Shown here: one piece after another, positions 1 to 11,770 of the stretch
Numbering within the stretch: position 1 is the first letter of the stretch
How the letters are laid out: every line of letters starts with the position of its first letter
Source: Nitrospirota bacterium
Lineage (GTDB): Bacteria; Nitrospirota; UBA9217
DNA length: 64,000 bases
Assembly: GCA_963754875.1 (NCBI GenBank)
Contig: CAVWHO010000005.1
Span: forward strand, 32,001 to 96,000
Direction: 5' to 3'
Notes under the pieces: model-generated
What the model was told of the DNA's origin: nothing
The model's input: only the letters and a program-made list of their open reading frames with translations
The model's database searches: none
Position numbers and translations under genes: made by a program

Positions 1-1048
1 TGAAATCGAAGGCCTCCTGCTTCTTTCTCGGCCGTTCCGCCACCTTCATGAAATCCTTCAGGCTCACCGGCCGTTTGACGCGCTCGCGGATGCCCTCCTC
101 ATCGAACCCCGTCGCGATCACCGTGACCATTACTTCCTCGCTCATCACAGGGTTGATCACTGCTCCGAAAATGATGTTCGCGCCCGGATCGACCTCTTCC
201 TTGATGATCGCCGAAGCCTCGTTGAGCTCGTAGATCCCCATATCGTTGCCGCCGGTGATGTTAATGAGCACCGCGCGGGCACCCTTAATGGAGCCGTCTT
301 CGAGCAGAGGGCTTGCGATCGCCTTCTGGGCCGCGTCGATGGCCCGTCCCTCGCCTTTGCTGATGCCGGTGCCCATGACGGCCCTGCCGCGGTTCGCCAT
401 CACGGTCTTGACATCGGCAAAATCGACATTCACGTACCCGGGGACCATTACGACATCGGAGATGCCCTTCACCGCCTGGCCGAGCACGCTGTCTGCAAGC
501 TTGAAGGACTCGAGAAGCGTGGTTTTCTTTTCTGCGAGATTCAGGAGTCGTTCGTTCGGGATGACGATGAGCGCATCAACGTTCTTCCTGAGTTCGGCAA
601 GTCCTTCCTCTGCCTTATGCATGCGGGTCTGTCCTTCAAAGCTGAACGGTTTCGTGACCACGCCCACGGCAAGGGCGCCGACTTCACGTGCGAGGTTTGC
701 GATCACCGGTGCCGCGCCCGTGCCCGTGCCGCCGCCCATGCCCGCGGTGATGAAGACCATGTCGGCTCCGGCAATCGCCGCTTTGATCTTCTCTGCGTCT
801 TCAAGCGCCGCGTTCCTCCCGATCTCGGGATTTGCGCCGGCCCCCCTGCCGCAGGTGAGCTTGGACCCGATCTGGAGTTTGATCGGCGCCCGCGCGAGCT
901 CCAGGGCCTGCATATCGGTGTTCGCGACGATGAACTGTACGCCTTTGATTTCCGACTGGACCATGGTGGCCACGGCATTGCTGCCGCCTCCTCCCACGCC
1001 AATCACCTTGATAACTGCTGGGGCCCTCTCCTCTTCAAACTGGAACAT
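1..1048 (-). CDS. ftsZ: Cell division protein FtsZ (3' end outside window)
   Basis: Hand translation [26 protein letters not shown]...MGGGTGTGA (tubulin signature); follows ftsA. Alternative in-frame start at 1156. Confidence 0.97.
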   Translation of the reverse strand, partial: MFQFEEERAPAVIKVIGVGGGGSNAVATMVQSEIKGVQFIVANTDMQALELARAPIKLQIGSKLTCGRGAGANPEIGRNAALEDAEKIKAAIAGADMVFITAGMGGGTGTGAAPVIANLAREVGALAVGVVTKPFSFEGQTRMHKAEEGLAELRKNVDALIVIPNERLLNLAEKKTTLLESFKLADSVLGQAVKGISDVVMVPGYVNVDFADVKTVMANRGRAVMGTGISKGEGRAIDAAQKAIASPLLEDGSIKGARAVLINITGGNDMGIYELNEASAIIKEEVDPGANIIFGAVINPVMSEEVMVTVIATGFDEEGIRERVKRPVSLKDFMKVAERPRKKQEAFDF

Positions 1049-1228
1049 CCCTGTTGTCCTCCTCTCCTCACACGGTTCGGTAAGCTCCGAATGTTCATTC
1101 GAGCTGGCAACAAATTCCATGATATCCTGGAACCCGAGTTCAAGATTGTCGTCCATGTGACCCTCCGCGTTCATGAAACATAAGCGATTGCAAATTGGAA
1201 ATTTCAAATTTTCAATTCGGCTTCGCCG

Positions 1229-2452
1229 CTAGACGTATTCCCCCAGCCACTTCCAGAAGCGTCCGACCGAACCGCCTCTCCTGAACGAGCGTGGCGCTTC
1301 CTGCTGGTTTTCCGCGCCGTAAAGCACCAATCCCACCCCGGTCGCATAGATGGGGCTGTTGACCACATCCATCAGCCCGCCGATGTTCCGCGGCGTGCCG
1401 CGCCTTACCGGGAGGCCAAGAAAGCGTTCGGCGGCGTCCTGTACACCCTCCATAAGCGCCGTGCCTCCTGTAAGGACAACGCCGGACGCAAACATGTCTT
1501 CTAACCCCGTTTTCTTAAGCCGCTGCTGCACCATGCCGAACAATTCTTCAACGCGCGGCTCAATGATCTCGCACAGGATCTGGCGCGACAAGAGCCGGGG
1601 CGGTCGACCTCCCACGCTCGGCACATCGAGCGTGTCTTCGCTTTTAACCAGCGACGAGAGGGCGCAGCCGTACTTGATCTTGATCTTTTCCGCCTCCGAC
1701 GCAGGCGTGCGGAGACCGATGGCGATGTCGTTCGTGAGGTGGTTCCCGCCGATGGGCAGCACTTCAGTATGCCACAAGCTTCCCTCGAGAAAGAATGCGA
1801 GGTCCGCCGTCCCTCCTCCGATGTCGACGACCACGACGCCGAGTTCCTGTTCCTCCGTCGTGAGCACTGCCCTGCTTGATGCCAGCGGCTGGAGCACCAG
1901 GTCGTTCACGTGCAGCCCCGCACGCGAGCAGCTCTTCACGATGTTCTGGATTGCCGTCACCGCGCCGGTGATGATGTGCACCTTGACGTCGAGCCTGGTC
2001 CCCGACATGCCGTGCGGGTCTTTGATGCCGTCCTGGTCGTCGATGATGAATTCCTGGGGCAGGACATGGAGGATCTGCTGGTCCATGGGGATGTTCACCG
2101 CCCGGGCCCCGTCGATCGCCCGGGCCACGTCCGCCGGACCCACTTCGCGGTTCTTGATCGCCGCAACACCGCGCGAGTTGATGCCCTTGATATGGCCGCC
2201 GGAGATGCCGACATAGACCGAGTTGATCTCGACGCCGGCCATGAGTTCGGCTTCCTGAACCGCTTTCTTGATGGACTCCACCGTGCTGTCGATGTTGACG
2301 ACCACGCCTTTTTTCAGCCCATGGGAGGGACTGATGCCGATCCCGATGATGTCAACCTGTCCGCCGTCCTTCACTTCTCCGACGATGGCGCACACCTTGG
2401 TCGTTCCCAGGTCGAGACCGACAAGCACATTATCCGGCTTTTTTTTCGCCAC
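1229..2452 (-). CDS. ftsA: Cell division protein FtsA
   Basis: GLDLGTTKV, VDIGGGT, VLTGG actin-fold motifs; GTG start behind GGAGG. Confidence 0.97.
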   Translation of the reverse strand: MAKKKPDNVLVGLDLGTTKVCAIVGEVKDGGQVDIIGIGISPSHGLKKGVVVNIDSTVESIKKAVQEAELMAGVEINSVYVGISGGHIKGINSRGVAAIKNREVGPADVARAIDGARAVNIPMDQQILHVLPQEFIIDDQDGIKDPHGMSGTRLDVKVHIITGAVTAIQNIVKSCSRAGLHVNDLVLQPLASSRAVLTTEEQELGVVVVDIGGGTADLAFFLEGSLWHTEVLPIGGNHLTNDIAIGLRTPASEAEKIKIKYGCALSSLVKSEDTLDVPSVGGRPPRLLSRQILCEIIEPRVEELFGMVQQRLKKTGLEDMFASGVVLTGGTALMEGVQDAAERFLGLPVRRGTPRNIGGLMDVVNSPIYATGVGLVLYGAENQQEAPRSFRRGGSVGRFWKWLGEYV

Positions 2453-2496
2453 GCGTAACCTCCTCCGAAGAGTCGTGGTCAAGGGTCTGTGAGAAT

Positions 2497-3373
2497 CTAG
2501 GTCCCTCGCTTTTTCTTGACCCCTGCCCCCTGTCCCCTGACCTTGTCTTTTTTCACCATCACCGCTGCCTGGCGTTCGGGACGGACGTCTACGTAAGCGA
2601 TCTCTATCCCGCGCTGCTTTACGTCGGCCATGATCTCTGCCAGCCTGCGGAGCTTTTCCGCATACCGTCCGCTTCCCAGCCTGAATTCATGGTCGGCGTA
2701 CAGGACGGTAAGTGCATCGGGCGAATTCGCCCTGACAATTACGTTCGCAAGCTGCCAGCCTCCCCGCGCCGCGATTTCACCAAGGAGCTGCACAGCCTCG
2801 ACCAGTCCTTCGGAGGTCACCTGGTCGCCGGGCTGGGCATGGTAGTCTTTGATGGCCACGACCGGGAGCGGCCAGTCCTGTGCATGTTCCTTCTGCAGCC
2901 GCTCGAGAATGAACCCGTCGTCATCCATGAGGTACCGTGCCGATCCCGTATCAAGAATCATCGTGGGCGTCCGTCTCGGAAAACACCATCGTGATGCGGT
3001 TCGGCATGCTGCGGTGGATCCTGACTTCCCTGACCCAGGGGTTCGCACGTGCGCGCCGCGCCGCAGCTTCGAGGTCCACACGAAATATGTTCTGTCCCGT
3101 AAATGCGGCGACGATGTCTCTCAGGTCCGCCTCGGTCAGCTGCTTGACGCCCTTTATATCCACGCCGGTAACCACCAATGCGTCCGCGTGCACGATCGCC
3201 TGGTAGACCTGCCACCCCAGGAACCCGGTGCCGGCGAGCATGATCATGACCGTCATCTTGACAGCGACGCTGCCGATCTTGACCGGACTTTTCCCGCTAC
3301 CCGTCGCACCGCGTCCGAGCTCGACGCGCTTCACACTCATCCGGTTCGATTTGCCGCGGTACGATCTCGGCAC
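2497..3373 (-). CDS. ftsQ: Cell division protein FtsQ (frameshift near 2970, probable sequencing error)
   Basis: TM helix plus POTRA domain (NPWVREVRIHRSMPNRI) in 2951..3373; C-terminal part (YVDVR) in 2497..3081; lies between ddl and ftsA. Confidence 0.88.
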
Positions 3374-3452
3374 TTTTACGTTTTTATAATCTCTCAGTGG
3401 AGCCCCCTCCGGGCATCCCGACCTGTCGGAACTCTAATAACGCGACCTCCCG

Positions 3453-3493
3453 CTTGCACCCAGCGTTTACGAGTGCGATAGCACGAGTGCAGG
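3453..3493. repeat. Imperfect palindrome CTTGCACCCAGCGTTTACGAG...GCACGAGTGCAGG
   Basis: Related copies at 7994-8031 and about 10636-10668. Confidence 0.6.
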
Positions 3494-3574
3494 GCGCGGT
3501 TTACGACGCACTACCCCGGCAGGAGCCGGGGGATTGCAAGTCGCGGGATCCACTTTGGCCCAGCTCATGCGTCC

Positions 3575-4511
3575 TTAGAGTGCCTGCTTCTCCTCGATCG
3601 CCAGCCTTAAAATCTCCTCCACCAGGTCGGGGAAGGAGATTCCCACTCCCCGCGCAATGTCCGGCAGAAGGCTCGTAGCGGTCATGCCCGGAAGGGTGTT
3701 CACTTCAAGAATGGAGGGCGATCCGCTTTCGTCGATGATGAAATCGACCCTGCTGTACCCTCTGCAGCCCAGAGCCCGGTGGGCGGACAGTCCTGCCTCA
3801 AGGAGGCGCTGGTATGCCGCAGCATCGATCCTGGCCGGAAAGAAGTGCTCGGACATCCCTGTTTTATACTTTGCTTCATAGTCGTAGAACACATTTTTCG
3901 GCACGATCTCGATAGCGCCGAGAGCCCTGTTTCCCAGGACCCCCACCTGCACCTCTTTGCCGGTGATGTACTTTTCGATCAGGATCTCGCGATCGTATTT
4001 GAACGCAAGGTCAACCGCGGGAAACAGCTCTTCGTCATTGTATACCAAGCTTACGCCGACGCTTGATCCTTCGGAACTCGGCTTCACGACAAGCGGGTAA
4101 GCGATGATTGAAGGAACTTCATTTACCTCCTCGCGCTTTCCCGTATCCAGAACCATATAGGGTCCTACGAGAAGGCCGTGGGCCTTAAACAACAATTTGG
4201 AGAGGATCTTGTTCATGCCCACAGCACTCGCGAGAATGCCCGAGCCCGTGTAGGGGATGCCCATGATCTCGAGCAGTCCCTGGATTGCGCCGTCCTCGCC
4301 GAACTTCCCGTGCAGACCGTTGAACGCGAGCTCGATGCCGGACGTGCGGATCCTTTCTGCAACATCCCTGGTCACATCGATGGCAACAGCAGAGTACCCT
4401 TTGTCCTTCAACGCCTTCAGTATGGCATTCCCGGTCGAAAGCGATACTTCCCGTTCCGAAGAGAGCCCGCCCATCAAGAACGCCGATTTTTTTATTCGTT
4501 ATTTTCCCCAT
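3575..4511 (-). CDS. ddl: D-alanine--D-alanine ligase (frameshift near 4478)
   Basis: MGKITNKKIGVL joined to GGLSSEREVSL, LHGKFGEDG, EVNTLPGMT. Confidence 0.95.
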
Positions 4512-4542
4512 ACCCCTTGACCCCGGACCGTGGATCCTTTCT

Positions 4543-5456
4543 TTAAAGATCCTCTCCGATTATTTTGATCTCCGGCTCAAGCCGCACGCCGTGGACTTGA
4601 AGGACCTTTTCCTTCACAATCTCCATGAGCGCCAGCACGTCCGACGCCTTGGCATGGCCTTTATTCACGATAAAATTGGCGTGTTTGTCCGATACCTGGG
4701 CATTGCCTACTGTTTTGCCTTTTAGCCCCGCTGCTTCGATCAGTTTGCCTGCCGACTCTTCCTGCGGGTTCTTAAAGATCGATCCCGCGTTCGGCTGCCC
4801 GGCCGGCTGCCGCTGCTTCCTCGAGTCTAAGGATTTCCTTGACGTGCGCTCTGGATCTTGTCCCGATCGCCGCGCCGCAGAATGATACGGACGTCGAGGA
4901 CCACGTGTCCTTCGGGAACCGAGCTCATCCGGTACCCGAATCCCATCTCTTCTCTCCCCTTCGTGACCATGTCCCCTTCGGGAGAAAGCAGCGTTACAGA
5001 ATCAACGACGTCACCGAACTCTCCTGAAGCAGTACCGGCATTCATACAGACGGCGCCGCCCACCGTACCCGGAATGCCGGCGGTAAATTCGAGGCCCGTC
5101 AACCCTTCCTCAACGGTAAACGAGAGGAGCTTCTGCAGCGGCATACCGGCCTCAACAACGACGACGGTGAAGGCGCCGCCGATCGACCGATACTCGCGCT
5201 CGATTGTTACGGCCTGCATACGCTGCAGGCTGATCACGACACCACGAAATCCGCCGTCCCGTACCAGCAGGTTTGTTCCTCCGCCGAGGACAATATGTTT
5301 CAGCCCTTTTTCCCGTATCTCCCGGAGGAGTGCTGCCAGATCGTCCCGGTCGGCAGGAACGGCAAATACGTCTGCCGGCCCTCCGATGGCATAGGACGTA
5401 TGCCTGCTCATCGGTTCCTGTTGCCTGATTTCACCCTTAAAGTTTGCGATTTCCAT
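4543..5456 (-). CDS. murB: UDP-N-acetylmuramate dehydrogenase (frameshift near 4850)
   Basis: [21 protein letters not shown]; second frame carries [27 protein letters not shown]. Confidence 0.95.
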
Positions 5457-6822
5457 GCTGTAGTTTCTCCAGGACTTGTTCCCCCAGTTTCCACACGTCC
5501 CCGGCGCCAAGTGTGATCAGGAGGTCCCCCTTTTTCAGGACCGATGCCAGGTGCTCGACGATCTTGTCCCGTTCCGGCAGAAACGTCACGTCTTTGTGCC
5601 CGAACTTCTTGATGCCTTCATAGAGCGCCTGTCCGCTCACGCCGGGGATCGGCTTCTCTCCTGCAGCGTAAATATCCATGACAATGAGTTTGTCCGCCTG
5701 GTTGAATGCTGTAAAGAACTCCTCCAGCAGATGCTGGGTCCTCGTATACCGGTGCGGCTGGAACACTACCACTACCCGCCGCTCCATGCCCGTGGCTGCG
5801 GCTGCAAGGGTCGCCTTGATCTCCGTGGGATGGTGGCCATAATCGTCGACGACGATGACGCCGCCGACCTCTCCCTTGATCTGGAACCGTCTCTGCACGC
5901 CGGAAAACTCCCGAAGCGCCTTGCGGATCGTTTCAAGTTCGATATCCAACTCGCGGGCCACGGCGATCGCGGCGAGGCTGTTGCTGATGTTGTGTACGCC
6001 CGGCACGGAGAGCTCGAAGAAACCGAGGTCCTTGTTGTGATGCATCACCTTGAACGTCGATCCCAACGGCCGGAGCGAAATGTCCCGCGCCTGGTAGTCG
6101 GCCTGCGTGCTCATCCCGTAGGTTTGATACCGTTTCTGGAGCGACGGGATGAGCGACTGGATGTGCGGCTGGTCAAGACAGAGCACCGACACGCCGTAAA
6201 ACGGGACCTTATTGATGAAGGTGAGGAAGGCCGCCTTGATCTCGTCGATATCTTTGTAGTAATCCAGGTGCTCCGCGTCGATGTTCGTGACCACGGCGAT
6301 CGTGGGCGAGAGTTTCAGGAAGCTCCCGTCGCTCTCGTCCGCCTCGGCAACCAAGAACTCGCCCTGGCCGAGTTTGGCGTTCGTTCCCAGGCTGTTCAGT
6401 TTCCCGCCGATCACGACCGTGGGGTCGATGCCCCCCGCGGCAAAAACCGTGGCGACCATGGAGGTCGTCGTGGTTTTGCCGTGGGCGCCTGCGATGGCCA
6501 CGCCGTACTTAAGCCGCATGAGCTCGGCGAGCATCTCGGCCCGCGGGATCACCGGCACCTGCTTCTCGCGCGCAGCAATGACCTCGACGTTGTCGTTTTT
6601 CACTGCCGACGAGATCACGACCACGTGCGGCGAAGTGATGTTCTCGGCCCGGTGACCGATAAAGATCTCGCCGCCCAGTTTCCTGAGCCTCTCCGTCGTG
6701 TCCGATTCTTTCATGTCCGAACCGGTAACTTTATACCCGAGGTTCAAGAGCACCTCGGCGATGCCGCTCATACCGATGCCCCCGATGCCGACAAAGTGAA
6801 TGTGCTTAATTCTTTTGAACAT
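5437..6822 (-). CDS. murC: UDP-N-acetylmuramate--L-alanine ligase
   Basis: [35 protein letters not shown]. Confidence 0.98.
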   Translation of the reverse strand: MFKRIKHIHFVGIGGIGMSGIAEVLLNLGYKVTGSDMKESDTTERLRKLGGEIFIGHRAENITSPHVVVISSAVKNDNVEVIAAREKQVPVIPRAEMLAELMRLKYGVAIAGAHGKTTTTSMVATVFAAGGIDPTVVIGGKLNSLGTNAKLGQGEFLVAEADESDGSFLKLSPTIAVVTNIDAEHLDYYKDIDEIKAAFLTFINKVPFYGVSVLCLDQPHIQSLIPSLQKRYQTYGMSTQADYQARDISLRPLGSTFKVMHHNKDLGFFELSVPGVHNISNSLAAIAVARELDIELETIRKALREFSGVQRRFQIKGEVGGVIVVDDYGHHPTEIKATLAAAATGMERRVVVVFQPHRYTRTQHLLEEFFTAFNQADKLIVMDIYAAGEKPIPGVSGQALYEGIKKFGHKDVTFLPERDKIVEHLASVLKKGDLLITLGAGDVWKLGEQVLEKLQHGNRKL

Positions 6823-7885
6823 AGTCTTTACACATCCTCGCAATCTCTTCTGCAGCCGTGTTTTCCATGCATGCTGCTTTTGAAGCAGCGCCCCGCCCTG
6901 CGTATTTTTCTATGAGCCCTGCCAGGGTCTCCGGCGTAAGGTCTCGTTGCACGATCACGTCCGCCGCTCCCCGCTCTGCCAGCGCTCGCGCGTTGTACTC
7001 CTGATGATTATCGGCTGCGAAGGGAAACGGTATCAGCACGGCACGCTTTCCGCAGACGGCAAGTTCCGCCACGGTCGTAGCGCCGGAGCGCGAGACCACC
7101 AGGTCCGCGGCCGCGTATGCGCCGGCCATGTCATGAATGTAGGGCAGCACCACTGCTTTGACACCTGCCTCACGATATCCCGTTGCAACTTCAGCAGCGT
7201 CTTTCTCGCCGGTCTGGTGCAGGACCTGAAGATGCTCTATCTTCTTCAGATCAATTGCCGCCTTTTTCATGGCCATGTTGATGGCATGGGCGCCACCGCT
7301 CCCCCCCATAACAAAGACCGTAAAGTTCCCGGACTCAAGTCCGAAATCTTTGAGCGCTTTCCCGCGATCCCCCTGATCGATGCCTTTTCTGACCAGCGGG
7401 CCGACTTGCGCTGTCTTCTCGACCGGGAAAAAATGCTGCGCCCCTGTTCCAGGAAAACAGAGGATGACTTTTCTTGCCAGCATTCCCAGTTTTCTATTTG
7501 CCAGTCCGGCATAGGAATTGGGCTCCACGATCAGAAGCGGGATCCTGACGACCCAGGCCGCGAGCGCCACCGGTCCCGAGGAATACCCTCCCACACCGAT
7601 CACCACATCGGGCCTCGCTTCCCGTAACAGGCGGATCGACTGCAAGACGCTCCGCGGCAGCATAACCATCGTTTTCATGATCGAGCCGACCTTCATGCCC
7701 TTCAGCTTCCCGACCGTGATAAAACGGATCGGCAACCCTTCCCGCGGAAGCACCTTCGCTTCGATTCCCTGCTCCGTGCCGATGAACAAGACGTCGTTGT
7801 CCTTTTCTTTCAGCACCTCTCGCGCAATGGCAATCCCGGGATAGAGATGCCCTCCCGTGCCTCCGCCGGCGATGACGACCTTCAT
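6806..7885 (-). CDS. murG: Undecaprenyl-PP-MurNAc-pentapeptide GlcNAc transferase
   Basis: [30 protein letters not shown]. Confidence 0.97.
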   Translation of the reverse strand: MKVVIAGGGTGGHLYPGIAIAREVLKEKDNDVLFIGTEQGIEAKVLPREGLPIRFITVGKLKGMKVGSIMKTMVMLPRSVLQSIRLLREARPDVVIGVGGYSSGPVALAAWVVRIPLLIVEPNSYAGLANRKLGMLARKVILCFPGTGAQHFFPVEKTAQVGPLVRKGIDQGDRGKALKDFGLESGNFTVFVMGGSGGAHAINMAMKKAAIDLKKIEHLQVLHQTGEKDAAEVATGYREAGVKAVVLPYIHDMAGAYAAADLVVSRSGATTVAELAVCGKRAVLIPFPFAADNHQEYNARALAERGAADVIVQRDLTPETLAGLIEKYAGRGAASKAACMENTAAEEIARMCKDYVQKN

Positions 7886-7906
7886 GCAAATACCTCTACA
7901 ACTACC

Positions 7907-8042
7907 TTTTCACCGCGGAGGGCGCAGGGTACGCGGAGAAAAAAGGCGGTAAAAAACGCATAAATATAATTTTGCATTCCTCTGCGTCCTCTGCCTGTGC
8001 CCGCGTTTACGAGAGCAAGCGCGAGTGCAGGGTACGGTAAAA
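7907..8042. repeat. Palindromic intergenic repeat with a nested second palindrome
   Basis: TTTTCACCGCGGAGGGCGCAGGGTACGCGGAG ... CTCTGCGTCCTCTGC[insert]CGGTAAAA; related element at 10575-10682. Confidence 0.65.
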
Positions 8043-8052
8043 ATCCTCTTCT

Positions 8053-9165
8053 TTATCCTGTTTCTTTCGAAACATTCAACAGAACACCGAGCGCTGCCAT
8101 GGTTACAACGAGCGACGATCCGCCATAGCTCACCAGCGGAAGCGCAATGCCCTTGGTCGGCAGAAGCCCGGTGACCACAGCCATGTTGATCAATCCCTGA
8201 AGGCAGATAAGCAGCGTGATGCCGAGGGCAAGGAGCCTACTGAACGGGTCGCCCACGGCAAGGGCGATGCGCACGCCGCGCCACAGGATGATCAGGAACA
8301 GCAGGATCACGGCGAGCGCCCCGATCAATCCCAGTTCCTCACCGATGACGGCATAGATAAAGTCCGAATGCCGCTCCGGCAGGAAGAAGAGCTTTTGCCG
8401 CCCTTCCCCCAGCCCGCGGCCGAACACGCCGCCGCTCCCGAAAGCAAGAAAGGACTGGATGATCTGGTGTCCTGCGCCCTGCGGGTCAGACCAGGGATCG
8501 AGAAACGCGACGATCCTTCTCCACCGGTATGCCTTGTGCACCACGGCGAATATGATGAAGGGGAGCGCCGCTAGCAGCGTACCGCCGATGTGAAGAATGT
8601 TCGCTCCTCCCGCAAAGAGCATGATGCCTGCAACGGCAGCAAGGGTCATTGCGCTGCCGAAATCCGGTTGGAGCACGGCTACACTCAAAAACACTGCGGT
8701 CACGACATACGCCGGCACCATCCCGTTCATGAAATCCCGGATCCGCTCGCCTTTCTTTGCGATGTAATAGCTCAGGTAAACAACGATCGCGAACTTTGCG
8801 AGTTCCGCCGGTTGAAACGACATCATGCCGAGCCGCAGCCACCTCCGCGACCCGTTGACCATTCTGCCGATACCGGGGACGAGCGTGGCTGCGAGCAGGA
8901 GGAACGAGATTGCCATGATTGCCAGCACAACCCTTTGGTCGGACAACCTGCGGTGGTCGACGCGCATGCTAAGCGTCAGGAACGCGAGTCCAACAACCGC
9001 CCACAGGAGTTGACGCTTCATAAAGAATGCCGAGTCGCCATACGTCGTGAGCGCCACGACGCTGCTGGAGCTATACACCATCACCACGCTGATCACCAGC
9101 AACAGCAGAATGGCGAAGAGCAGCGTCTTGTCGTACTGTCCTCTATGATTTGTCTCAATGCGCAT
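8053..9165 (-). CDS. ftsW: Peptidoglycan glycosyltransferase FtsW
   Basis: SEDS motifs FQPAELAK, QPDFG, LPERHSDF, LPLVSYGGSS. Confidence 0.97.
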   Translation of the reverse strand: MRIETNHRGQYDKTLLFAILLLLVISVVMVYSSSSVVALTTYGDSAFFMKRQLLWAVVGLAFLTLSMRVDHRRLSDQRVVLAIMAISFLLLAATLVPGIGRMVNGSRRWLRLGMMSFQPAELAKFAIVVYLSYYIAKKGERIRDFMNGMVPAYVVTAVFLSVAVLQPDFGSAMTLAAVAGIMLFAGGANILHIGGTLLAALPFIIFAVVHKAYRWRRIVAFLDPWSDPQGAGHQIIQSFLAFGSGGVFGRGLGEGRQKLFFLPERHSDFIYAVIGEELGLIGALAVILLFLIILWRGVRIALAVGDPFSRLLALGITLLICLQGLINMAVVTGLLPTKGIALPLVSYGGSSLVVTMAALGVLLNVSKETG

Positions 9166-9208
9166 TTTCTTTTTACAACGTCCAGGAGCAGGTCTCTTTG
9201 CCCTTTGC

Positions 9209-10562
9209 CTACAATGCCTTCACCGCTTCCTTAAACTGCCTGCCCCGGTCTTCGAAATCCTTGAACATATCGAAACTCGCACATGCAGGAGACAACAGAA
9301 CGGCGTCTCCCCGCGAAGACCTCGCGGCCGCGAGCCGCACTGCGTCCTGGAGCGTTTGCGCGAATACGGTCTTCGTGGATGTGCCGAGCGCCTTCGCCAT
9401 CTTGTCTGCTGCTTTGCCGATCAGGATCAAAAGCTTTACTTTCTGTTTGAACAGCTCGTAGAGGGGGCTAAAATCACTCCCCTTGTCCAGCCCCCCGGCG
9501 ATCAGGATCACCGGTTGCGTGAACCCTTCGACGGACTTCACGACAGCGCCCACGTTCGTACCTTTTGAGTCGTTGATGTAAGTAACGCCGTCCTTTTCCC
9601 GCACAAATTCAAGACGGTGCTCAAGGCCGGGAAATTCCCGAAGCACGGCGCCCACAGAAGCGGGGTCCGCTCCGGCGCACAGGGACAGCGCTGCGGCCGC
9701 GAGCGCATTCTCAAGATTGTGCACGCCCTTGATCCTGATCTCGTCGGCATGGATGATCCGTTGGTTGTTGAACGTAAGAAAACCGTCCAGCACGCAGGCG
9801 CCCGGACTAAACCGGAGCAGACGGGAAAAGGGGATCACCGTAGCTGACGTTCGTTTTGCATAAGACTTCACCAAAGGATCGTCAAAATTGAGGACCAGAA
9901 AATCCTCTCTGCGCTGGTTCATGAAAATGCGGGCCTTCGCTTCGCCGTACTCGGCAATATCGTGATACCGGTCAAGGTGGTCCTGCGTGACATTCAGGAT
10001 CGTGGCGACGCGAGGACGGAACGTGTCGATATCTTCCAGCTGGAAGCTCGAAAGTTCAGCGACGATCCAGTCCTGCCCTTTCAGCAATGCGACGTCTTCG
10101 GTGAGCGCGTTTCCGATGTTCCCTGCCACGAGCACCTTCTTCTTTGCACGCCCGAGCATGAGTCCCACGAGTGACGTGACCGTGGATTTTCCGTTCGTCC
10201 CCGTGATGCCGACGTAGGGCGACGTCCGAGAGCAGCCAGGCGAGTTCAAGCTCGCTGATCACCTGTACGCCGCGCTGCTGCGCCCCGAGGAGCTGCGGAA
10301 TCTTCGGCACGCCGGGGGAGAGCACGATGAGCTCGGCATCAAGAAAAGCGCGGTCGGGATGGCCGCCCGCTTCAACAACAATACGGCCGCTGCCGAGGGC
10401 CTTCACCTGTGCAGCGAGCTGGTCCAGCGGTTTTTTATCAGTCACCGTAACGATCGCACCGAGGCCATGAAGCGCCCTCGCAGCGGCAACCCCGCTCCGC
10501 GCCAGACCGACGATTGTTACTCTTCTCCCTCGAAAATCTTTTTGCACTATCCCCTCAAACAT
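9209..10562 (-). CDS. murD: UDP-MurNAc-L-Ala--D-glutamate ligase (frameshift near 10230; start could be GTG 10547)
   Basis: VGLARSG, SPGV; GITGTNGKST, ELSSFQLE, NDSKGTN, SPACASFD. Confidence 0.95.
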
Positions 10563-10687
10563 TTTTCTCGACTGACTCACGCAGAGCGCGGAGTTGTAAA
10601 GAACGCAGAAAATTTTTCCTTTCTCCGTGACTCCGCTTGCACCTGCGTTATCACAAGAGCAGAGTGTGTCTCTGTGGTAAACCGCCT

Positions 10688-11770
10688 TTATCTCAGCTTC
10701 AGCGTACTGATCGAGATCAACGCCAGAATGATCCCGATAATCCAGAACCGGGTAATCACCTTCGACTCGGGCCAGCCGATCTGCTCGAAGTGATGATGGA
10801 TCGGCGCCATTTTGAAGATGCGCTTTCCCGTCAGTTTGTACGAGCCCACCTGAAGGATCACCGAGATCGTTTCGATTACAAAAATCCCCCCCACGATCAC
10901 CAGGATCAACTCGTGCTTAGTCACGACTGCCAGCGTACCGAGAGCGCCGCCGAGAGACAGGGACCCTACGTCTCCCATGAACACCTCGGCAGGATGAGCG
11001 TTGTACCACAGGAAGCCGAGGCTCGCGCCGACCAGGGCACCGCAGAAAATCGCGAGCTCACCACTGCCCGGGATGTAGAGAATCTTCAGATAGTCCGCGA
11101 TGATCTTGTTTCCTCCGAGATAGACGATCACTGCATTGGCCGTGGCCGCGATGCCGACGAGGCCGATTGCAAGGCCGTCGAGACCGTCGGTGAGGTTCAC
11201 CGCGTTTGACGAACCTACGATCACGACGACGACAAAGGGGATGTAAAACCACCCCAGATCAAGGAAGAGTCGTTTGAGGAACGGCATGGAGATGGAGGTA
11301 CTGAGCGGATCGCCGGGGTTGAAATAGAGAAAAAAACCGATACCGGCGGAAGCGAGTATCTGGAGCCCGAACTTGTGTATTGCCCGCAGCCCCGTTGACC
11401 GCTTCTTCACGACTTTCAGATAATCGTCCCAGAAGCCGATCCCCCCGAAGGCGAGCGTTGCAAAGAGCACCACCCATACGTACCTGTTCGTCAAATCGGA
11501 CCACAACAAGACGGAACTCACAAGTGCAGCAACGATCAGCAGACCGCCCATGGTCGGAGTGCCCTGCTTGGTGAGATGGGTTTGCGGACCGTCGCTCCTG
11601 ACGTGCTGGCCTACCTTGAGCCTGCGGAGCCATGCGATCATCGAAGGGGCCAAGATGAACGTCACGATGAGCGCCGTCAGGACCGCACCGGCGCTCCGAA
11701 AGGTGATGTAGCGGAACACGTTAAAGCCGGAAAATTTCTCGCGCAGCGGATACAACAGGTGAAAGAGCAT
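10688..11770 (-). CDS. mraY: Phospho-MurNAc-pentapeptide transferase
   Basis: [37 protein letters not shown]. Confidence 0.98.
   Translation of the reverse strand: MLFHLLYPLREKFSGFNVFRYITFRSAGAVLTALIVTFILAPSMIAWLRRLKVGQHVRSDGPQTHLTKQGTPTMGGLLIVAALVSSVLLWSDLTNRYVWVVLFATLAFGGIGFWDDYLKVVKKRSTGLRAIHKFGLQILASAGIGFFLYFNPGDPLSTSISMPFLKRLFLDLGWFYIPFVVVVIVGSSNAVNLTDGLDGLAIGLVGIAATANAVIVYLGGNKIIADYLKILYIPGSGELAIFCGALVGASLGFLWYNAHPAEVFMGDVGSLSLGGALGTLAVVTKHELILVIVGGIFVIETISVILQVGSYKLTGKRIFKMAPIHHHFEQIGWPESKVITRFWIIGIILALISISTLKLR

Noticed and set aside
246..2458. Long plus-strand ORFs opposite ftsZ/ftsA (similar ones lie opposite murC, ftsI, rpoD and dnaG)
   Set aside because: Antisense shadows of GC-rich conserved genes, with no motifs or RBS.
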